NCBI GenBank assembly: GCA_051294375.1
Contig: CM119266.1
Location: 18,499,501 to 18,563,500 of the forward strand
DNA: 64,000 bases
Source: Paraspadella gotoi
Lineage: Eukaryota > Animalia > Chaetognatha
Direction: 5' to 3'
Positions 54,801-64,000 of the stretch are shown piece by piece; the first letter of the stretch is position 1; every line of letters begins with the position of its first letter. The notes under the pieces are model-generated. The model made no database searches. It saw only the letters and a list, made by a program, of their open reading frames with translations, and had not been told where the DNA came from. The position numbers and the translations under genes are program-made.

Positions 54801-57160
54801 TCCCAATTATCGGATACGAACGACTTGAAAACAATGCGGGACATCCAACATCTCTCAGTCAAAGCCATCGTCGTCGTCGTCGTCGTCAGTCATCGCTGAG
54901 GGTCTCTCAATGGCGTCAGAAACGTTTATAAACGTAAATAAGCAAATGTTTGATGTCTTTGTAATAATTAAAATTTTCTTTTAAAACGTCGGCCATAAGT
55001 CTGGACTACAACATAAAACTACAATTTTTTTTGTTGTCTTATTTTCTTTTGGTTATTTGTTTATTTGACGATTCTATTTTATATCCGCATCTTAAGTTTA
55101 CGAGTTCTGTTGAGGGCGATTATTCGTACACCAGCACAAACTCCTAAGGTCTGATTTTGTCGTTGGTATGTTGGTCGTTGTGCTGATTTGTCATCGGCTA
55201 CTTTTTTAAGGACTCTTGAATTTTTTTAATGTTTGTTATCTTGCCCCTGTTGTTTTCGGGTTTATTACTGGTTTATTATCGCTTTCCTTTCCTGTCTTTC
55301 CTTTGCTTTCGTGTATGATTTTCTTGTCTTTTGTGTTGTTTTTGGTAGCAAATTAATTTCTTAGGTTTTCTTGTGCGTGCCTCCTGTTTTATAAATCGCT
55401 TGGTCTCGTCTCATTAGTTCGACTATTTAGTGTATATTTATTAATCTTATTATATTTCCTTACTTTATCATCCTAACCAATATCCTTCTAAATTTATTCT
55501 TTAGGATTTGAGGAGATTCACTGAAGTCAACTCGACTATTTCCTTAACTTTCACATTTATCAACAATTCTGCCAAGTATTTTCTTCGCTCAGGTATAATA
55601 TTGTGTATTTTGTTTAAACTACACAACAGTAAGACGTCGTGCTTTGCTAAAAAATTTTGTTATTTTTGAATTGGTCTGGGTAATCCTCACTAGCATTTAA
55701 TACGAAAAGATTTACAGTAAGACACACGAGTGTTTTTAGATGAATTTTTCATTAATCAAAATAGCTTAGTTAATCGTGATTGTATGATGATGTAACGCAC
55801 TAATGTAGATGAGATCTCTCTCGATCGAGATGAGATGATGATGCATGTTAGACTCGCACGCAGATCGAGATGACGATAGCTATCGAGGCAGAGTACGAGT
55901 AGGCTCGCTCGCACTGTACCTCTCTCATCCAACGTTGCTTCGTCTATCTCTCTCTGCTCTCTCTTCTCTGTTCCTCGTTCTGAAATCTCGTCATATTCCG
56001 CCAAAAACACGATTAACGTATTATAACCAAGTGGCCGTTCGTTATCGGCATGAGAATATTTGAAATAAAAGAAAAAAAAATTTCCGGTTCGGTGTAAATT
56101 GAATTAAGGTTTAAAAATTATATTAACTTTTGCTATTCATATATTGGACTACACAAAATAATTACGAAAATTTATATTATGTAAGAGAGATATAATTGGG
56201 TGTAGTTAGCGCCGGCCTGATCGGGACAAGAACATCCTAAGTACAGAGAGCTGTTGGGGAGGGGGTGGGTCGCCGCTCTATGTCTGTGCAGTCTATAAGG
56301 CTCTGTCTGTGGTTCAGGATGCTATATATCTGTCTGTTCTCCCTGTCTGTTAGTTGAATTCGTTTTTATTCTGTGTGCTTCTTGCGTTTTTTTATTCCTT
56401 TTTGATTTTCCTGTCTTCTTTTTTCTTCTTTTCTTTTCTTACTTCTCTTCTCTCTCCTCTTTTTTTTTCCTTTTGTATCTTCTATTCTACTTCTTTCTTT
56501 TTCTTTTCTTACTGGTCTCTCTTCTTCTCTCTTTTTTTTATTCTTTTTGATACTCCTGTATTCACCTTCTTTCTTTTTTTCATCTCTCTTACTTCTCGTT
56601 CTCGCTACACTTTTTACTGTGTTAAGTACCTTTTTAATTCCGTTTGATCATCTTCCGCATTCCCAACCATCTTTCATCTCTTCCAAACTATCCTTTTTAC
56701 TGTCTTTGTTTTGGATCTTATTCTTTCATCCTTTTATTATTTTCTTCTATTTAATATCTTTCTCTTATGATCTTTTCCTCTGGCTATAATATGTGTCATA
56801 AGTCTACGAGATATTGACAAAACATTTTTGACGAATTCTATGATTATTTAAATTAAAAAAAAAAACCTATTTTTACTGTTAATTAAACCCAAAATACTTT
56901 CACGTTCGTACCTCTTGTCCTAGAAGTCCATAATTACTCTTAATTATCAGATATACGAAAAAATTGCGGTCGGCTCACCCTGGGAGATTCCGGTTCGAAC
57001 CGGTTTACTCACACAAATTTATTTTATGTATTTCGACGGTTTTACAAATCAATTATCAAGAAAACGAGAAAAGAAAAAGAAGTAAAAGAATAACAGACCA
57101 TGTTGTCCTGGTTACGTCTGTATAAATGACGATTATATGATTTAACATATCCGTACTTTA
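51880..57160. repeat. Noisy inverted duplication (arms ~51880-53960 and ~54640-57160)
   Basis: GAGTAAACCGGTTCGAACC near 52022 is inverted near 56992-57010; GACGACGATGGCTTT near 53692 is inverted near 54861-54875; the A/G-rich tract at 52210-52610 mirrors the T/C-rich tract at 56360-56800. Confidence 0.85.
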
Positions 57161-57459
57161 AAAAATGAGGATACATTAGGGAGAAATGGACGTATATGAC
57201 CGGAGCAGACGATTGATAGAAAAAAACTGAGCACCGTAAGTGTAGACGAGAGAGCTAGAGAAGAAGAGATGAGAGGGGTACGAGTAGAACTCCGAAGAGA
57301 AAGAGACAACAGTAATTAAGAGTAAATATTTCTGCAGTTGTTTACTTCTCAAAATTACATTCTGTGTCGAAGATACAACCCTGTGACACAATTAGACTGT
57401 CCCACATTTAACAGTTTACTAATTTTTTTTCACTTTTTTGTTATTATGTCACACCTGTG

Positions 57460-58252
57460 GCATGGCTATAATATTAATCATTAATTTCCACGCTCTGTTT
57501 TCATCAAGCCTTTTTTCCTTGACTTTTGGTTTTGTCTGCGCTTTTTGCCCATAACAAAAAACGAGATTTACATCGATCGAACAACTTTTCTTCAATTCAT
57601 TCTTTTTTTGTAAAACAAAAGCCTAAAAAAAAATGATAAAAATTCGAAAATATCAACGGTACTAAGATCTCTCTCTCTCTCTTCTCTCTTATCTCTCTCT
57701 CTCTCTCTCTCTCTCTTCCTCTCTCTCTCTCTCTCCTCTCTTCCTCTCTACTCTTCTTCTCTTCCTATATATCTCGTCTCTATCACCCAATACTCACTCT
57801 TCACTGGATCGGCAAAACCCGTTTCACAGCGTCACACGGGAGGAGTCAGATTACGCTGACAGTCAGTTCTGGCCATTATTTGATCTTTGGCCTTCTTTCC
57901 TCAGATTAGGACATTTTGGCCTCTTTTAAGAAAGCATGGGTCAACCTCGCACCGAATCTGTCGGCCCCTCCACAAGATGCGTCCAGCTATCGAAAATTTT
58001 CACGGTTCTGTCATCGCAAACGTGCTCGCCTGACCAGATCTCCGCTCAAGAACGCAGGTTAAATTTAGCGACAACAAGAAAAAAAAAGTCGCCGTGGTAA
58101 TTAGATCAGAAGGCAAAGCTTGAAGGAAAAGCAACAAAAAAGTTGAAGACAAAGAAGAGCAAAAGAAAAGAAACAAAAGAGGCGAAAAAGAGTTTTTTTT
58201 TTTAGTGATGACTATATTGACTGAGATCCGGGGATTAGCTTCAGTACTATAA

Positions 58253-58313
<61 letters not shown>

Positions 58314-58318
58314 TTCCG

Positions 58319-58330
<12 letters not shown>
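57460..58330. repeat. Direct duplicate of 63239-64000
   Basis: Shared CAGTTCTGGCCATTATTTGATCTTTGGC, CCTCAGATTAGGACATTTTGGCCTCTTTTAAGAA and GCCGTGGTAATTAGATCAGAAGG in the same order. Confidence 0.9.
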
Positions 58331-58350
<20 letters not shown>

Positions 58351-59076
58351 TATAATGTCTGTCTATTGTCGTCAGTGGCCAAGACTGTCTCCACCTTAAC
58401 ATATAACTCTTCTGTGTGTCAGCAAGCATATACTTCTGTCTGTTTTACCTTTTAAGTTAAATTGAAGAGATTAACAATCGATACTATTTGAAAATTCCTA
58501 TTTAAAACTTACTCCTTGTCATCTGTAGTTTTGAAATATCAGTTGTTACAGATAAAATTACTATTGATATATTAAATAAAAAATATAAAAATAATCGGAG
58601 TTACAAACGTAACGACATCCGAATAAATAAATCTATTGTAATAATTTCGACGTACTAGCTATATATAACTCATGTCGATGACGTGTAGACAGGAAAAAAA
58701 GTACGTCATGAATAATCTCCAGGATTCTAAAAAAATAAGAAAAAAAAATTAAAATAAAAATTTATAATAATCAATGTTGTAAGAATCAAAAAAAATTCTA
58801 ATCTGGCCGTCTCATGATTTCGGGATAAAATAATTATTTAGGCGAACTAACATTAACTTAATTTCGATTCGTGTGGTTTAATTAACTTTTAGCGGTCAAT
58901 ACCGCTTCAAGCCCGACCCCTCAGACGACCAATTCTAAGGGATGTAATTGAAACTCGGGTTAAAACCGAAATCGTTTAAACAAATTTGACTGTCCTTTTG
59001 TTTTCTTTTTTTTTTTTTTTGGTTTTAATTTTCTTTTAACGATCGCTCCGTCAGTTAGGTGTGGGTCCTCCTTGTT

Positions 59077-59110
<34 letters not shown>

Positions 59111-59249
59111 GGTCTTCTTTTCTTTCTTTCTTTTCTTTCTTTCTTCTTTCTTCTTTCTTTGCCTTTCTTTCTTTAATTTCTTTCTTTCTTTTTTCTTTCT
59201 TTCTACTAAGGAGCTGTAAAACTGGTTGAAAAATAAAACTGAATTTAAT

Positions 59250-62200
59250 TCGAATACTCTTCAACATGTCATGATAAGACTAGTACCGCTCTCTCTGCTT
59301 CTCTCATCTCTCTCTCGTCTTCCCTTCTGTCTCTCTGCTCTCTCGTCTTCTCTCTTCTCTCTTGCTCTCTCGCCTCTCGTCTCTCGATGACTGTCAGGTC
59401 TGTCTCCTAATCTCTTGTGCTATTTTCTAGTAGGCTTTTTGTTAGTTATTACTTTTCAACATGTTGAGCTCGGCTCTCTCTCTTCTCTCTCTCGAGTCCC
59501 TCTCCATCTCCTCTCTCTCTCGTTTCGCGTTTAAAGCAAATTCAACAGTACCAAAGTCTACAATATCAACTTCTGCTTTCCATTCTTTTTCCTCTCATCA
59601 ACTTACTTCTTCTCGGTCTCTCTTCTCTCTCTTAATGTTCTTTCTGCGATTTAAATAACAATAACACCTCGTCAGTAAACTTTCGTTCATTTTAACTCAC
59701 AATCCCTATCCTTTCTCTCTCGAATGTTCTCCTTTCTCTCTCTCTCTCTGCTCTCTCTCTCTTCTACACTCTATTTTCTCGATTTTAGTTCCGTCTGGAT
59801 ATTTTCGTTCTTCCTCTCTTCCTTCCTTACTTATCTCTTCACTCTCTCTTCTTTTTTGCTTCTCTCTGTCTTCTCTCTCACACTCGGATCTCTAAACTTT
59901 CTTTCGATTTTTCGAGTTTCTGACAATGAGAGTTATTTTCGCGTTCCCGGACTTTTCTTTCTCTACTCTGGAAAATTTTAATCTCTTTTGCTTGTGTTTC
60001 TTACTCTTACGCTCTCTGTCTAAAACCTCCGCTGAAAAGGCATGCTGTCCGAGTAGTTTCACCACGCCGGATCTCTCCTTCATTATTAATACTCTTGGCT
60101 CTGTTTATGTTCTCTTTTATCTGTTCTTCTGCAGTGCTTTGTAGTTTGATAATAAACGGCCTTTCGCTCTAATTTATTTTCTAGTGGATTGAGTTTTTCT
60201 ATCGTGTTTGTTTACTGTCGTTGTTCTGTGAATCTCAAACGAACGTTTTGTTATTGTTTGGTAATTTACAGTCAAAGTATAGTGCTGTTTCAATTATCCT
60301 ACTGGTTAGCGCGATAATATTCGGTGAAATTAACCACGTATTTATATTTAGTGTATTAACGTATAATAATATATCGCCGTTCTCAAAAACTAACTATCAT
60401 CATCGGCACGATATCAATCATTTCATCAATATCATGTATATTTTCTTCCAAATATGAATTACATAATCACTGAACAATAAAAAATCGGCAGAACAAACAT
60501 CTCAATTCCAAATCTCGATAACATTTGTTATCGTTTAAAGTATCCGTCCTAATACTTCAACATATACAACATAGAGAGATAATAATATTAGGTAAGCGTT
60601 CATTATCTTTGATTCATGTTAATTGTACGTAGATTACCAGACTAACATATCCAAACACAAAATAAGTTTATTTGTTTGGATCTTTTGATTCATAAAAACT
60701 GTATCTTTTTGGTTTAATGTACAATAAGAACTAAATAACTCGCTTACACAGAGTTAATGGAAGCTCATAATAAGAGCTTAGTCATACAGATCGTTAAATT
60801 GTACTTTAAAAAAAACACAATGCGTACTTTAATACACGTTTATAGAGATTTTAAATAAGAGTTTATTAGAAGGAGATATCGTGTAATGAGAGAATATTGT
60901 AATTCACTTATACGATAGTTATAAGGATAATTTTGGAGTTTAATTCTCTTGCTCTCTCTAGGGAGTAATGGGTATCGTAATAATCGCAGTATATTATTAC
61001 AGTATCGTCGTTTAACACGTATGTTTTTCTCCTTTGAAGTAATTGAGATTATGGTTTTCTCATCATATTTACTAAAAATCATGCTATAGAACCAACTTTC
61101 TCTTTTATATAAGAAAGTCTGAGATTTTGTTAATTTTTAACTTATTACAACATTTTTTAGAAAGAATAAGAATTCTATAATTCTCTCACCCGATTAGTAA
61201 TTACATTATATAAAGATCCTTAAATTTTAGATTATTTTATGTTTTTCTCCAAGATAAAAACGCCTACAAATAATGTAATTTAGATATATCATTTAGTTTT
61301 TCTCTCTGTGCGTTCACTTATACTGGATACTTAATTAAACAAAATGGATTTTTCATCTGATTACAACCACATTTGAGTTCGATTGGCTTGCAATTATTTA
61401 TTTTGCTATATGAAACTTAAAAGACGATTTAAACTACCTTCAGTTTTTCCCCTCGTCACGAAGCTTTTTTGCTGATAGATTGCATTCCCATTCCATTTAC
61501 CTTGCGAGTACACATCAGTACATTAGTAAATCTAATCTAGTCTTCCACCTTCCAAATCTATTTTGATTATCAGTAATATTGATTCTCTAAAGACATAAAA
61601 CTATTATATCCTTATATGATGGTGTCGGCGCGAATGATCGCCTTCTATTAACAGGACAAAATCTGATCGTCGAGAATTAGTGGGGCCTGAATGTTCTTTT
61701 CCTATTCTCGTCACATTTCTGTACGCTTCTGATACAATTTATTTGCACATTTGATAGTACATTGGTCGATTAATAACATTCACTCTATATATCTGAGAAT
61801 AATATTAAAAATGTGTTCTGTATAAAAAAATAATACTTCACTCTTATAGTTCAACGTCGGATTCCGTCATAATTAATTTTCCAATAATTACTTCTTTTTT
61901 GTCAACTAATTTTAATATCGCACACCGAGAAGTTGATCCATTTTGGTTCATTAAGTTTATTTAAGGTGTATATACGTAGCTCAGAGGAACTCGGAGAATT
62001 ATGGTTACAATTGAGTAAATTCCCGCGACGCGATTAGTGTAATACGAGAATTACATAAGTATTAGTATAGTGGAGTTTTCCATCTCCGATGTTAATTATT
62101 GACTTTAAATTATCGGTATATGTAGAAGGGAGAGCGGAGTTGTTCGCTTCTTCTTGATGTATGCTAGTCTAAATTTTTTCGTGAGGCCTCGGTGGGTGAT

Positions 62201-63100
62201 GCATGGGTCTAGCTGGTAATTTTCTAGTTTGACATGATGAGTCAGCAGGCGTTCTTCTGTTATGGTGTGAATAATGCTTGCAGGCATAATCTTGTATGAT
62301 TTGATCGCACGCTAATCATTATAACGCTCCTGTCGCAGTAAGTCGGAACCGCACATAAAGATAGCGCTCTGTTCCAGAAACTGGCATGAATGTTTAAAGA
62401 CGCAGGTAATAAGGTTTTCTTAACTCCAAAGAATGTAATTTTTACACACAAAGTAAGTTCTCTAAAAACCAATTCTCTCTTCTCGAGGGGATACAACTGA
62501 GCTATTTCTTTCGCAATATATACTTTCCGTCTCGTCAAAACTTGCATCTTCTTCGAGCTGCGCTAAAATCGAGCATTTGCGAAACACTCTCGCAGAGAAA
62601 GTCGCTAATGAGATGTCGCTCGCAAGAGTCTCGTCGCAGAGTTCTGATCGTTCGTCTGTCGGGCTCCGTTCCGTCGCTCGTGTCGTCGTTCGTGTCGTCG
62701 TTCGTCGCGTTCGTTGTTTCAGCCGTCGCGTCGTCGCTCGGTCTTCTTTGCACAAGATGCAACAGAGTGATACACTGTAACCAGAGAATCGCGAAAGAAA
62801 ATGAGAAGTTAGATTTCATAATTAATGAGGGAGTTTACGGGAAAGCTTTTAGTATCGAAGAGGTGATCGGAAGTAGTCGACGTAGAGACCGCAGAGATGA
62901 AGATAGTGTAGACGAATGCCGAGTGAGAGAGAGGAGAGGAGATGTTGTAAGTGACGAGAGAATCGAGAGGAGATGAAGGAGAGGAAAGACGAGAGGGTGC
63001 AGAAGAGAGAGGAGGAGAGGAGACGAGCGAGCAGAGAGAGTCATGACTAAATCAGCAGAGAGATGATAGAGCGAAGCTGACATTGAGAGTATTGAGTTCT
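59250..63100. repeat. Second, highly degraded inverted duplication (arms ~59250-60100 and ~62300-63100)
   Basis: CTCGATTTTAG near 59778 vs CTAAAATCGAG near 62563; GAGTTTCTGACAATGAGAGTTATTTTCGCG near 59914 loosely matches the reverse complement of ~62510-62545; CT-rich 59290-59520 mirrors GA-rich 62880-63070. Arm limits are approximate. Confidence 0.5.
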
Positions 63101-63238
63101 ATATACAATCATGTGTCATAAGAAGCTCATGTTTGGTATTTATCTCAAGTTGCTCAGTCGCTTCGTTTTGATGCCATCTATCCCTGAACCTACGCCACTT
63201 ATCTTAAATACCTNNNNNNNNNNNNNNNNNNNNNNNNN

Positions 63239-63964
63239 ATGGCTAAATATAAATATTAATTCACGTCTGTTTTCATCATGTTTTTCTTGATTTGTTTTGT
63301 CTTGCGCTTTTTGCCTTAAAAAAAGAGATTTAATCGATGACAACTTTTTCAATCTGATTTTTTTGTAAAACAAAAGTAAAAAAAAAATATNNNNNNNNNN
63401 NNNNNNNNNNNNNNNNNNNNNNNNNNNNNNNNNNNNNNNNNNNNNNNNNNNNNNNNNNNNNNNNNNNNNNNNNNNNNNNNNNNNNNNNNNNNNNNNNNNN
63501 NNNNNNNNNNNNNNNNNNNNNNNNNNNNNNNNNNNNNNNNNNNNNNNNNNNNNNNNNNNNNNNNNNNNNNNNNNNNNNNNNCGTCACACGGAGGAGTCAG
63601 AATTGACGCTAGACAGCAGTTCTGGCCATTATTTGATCTTTGGCTTCTTTCCTCAGATTAGGACATTTTGGCCTCTTTTAAGAAGATGGGTCAACCTCGG
63701 CACGAATCTGTCGGCCCCCACAAGATGGTCCAGTATCGGAAAGATTTTCCGGTTGTCATCGCAAACGTGTCGCTGACGAGATCTCGTCAAGGGGTTAAAT
63801 TTGGAAACAAGAAAAAAAAAGCGCCGTGGTAATTAGATCAGAAGGAAAGTGAAAGAAAAGAAAAGAAAAGTGAAAGAAAAGAAGAGAAAAGAAAAGAAAA
63901 AAAGGGCGAAAAAGAGTTTTTTTTTTAGTGATGATATATTGACGAGATCTGGGGATTAGTTTAT

Positions 63965-64000
<36 letters not shown>
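63239..64000. repeat. Direct duplicate of ~57460-58330, following a 25-N gap
   Basis: Same shared motifs; the (CT)-rich interior is replaced by an N run. Confidence 0.9.

Overview
AT-rich, microsatellite-laden eukaryotic DNA, probably from an arthropod (inferred from the SPS C-terminus); no prokaryotic genes, rRNA, tRNA or CRISPR array were seen. Recognisable genes are confined to the first ~14 kb: (i) the last two coding exons of a selenophosphate synthetase (SPS/SelD/SEPHS) gene on +, with an acidic ORF nested antisense in an upstream intron, a proximal AATAAA and a more distal type II SECIS-like stem-loop; (ii) a two-exon ~1138-aa gene on + with an MGA/Ocm-type Cys motif (CEKPYCLLGCVCPSL) and a DHAY HCF-1-binding-type motif, preceded by an RFX X-box. 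From 15 to 52 kb a ~14.8 kb mostly non-coding block occurs as two full copies and one partial copy. From 52 to 64 kb there are noisy fold-back and direct duplications. The indel-type differences between copies and the repeated 25-N gaps suggest that most of 30-64 kb is a long-read gap-filling artefact. Nearly all ORFs in the supplied track beyond 14 kb are translations of simple repeats. The best candidate for interesting biology is the SPS 3' region, where alternative polyadenylation could include or exclude a SECIS-like element; this is a hypothesis.
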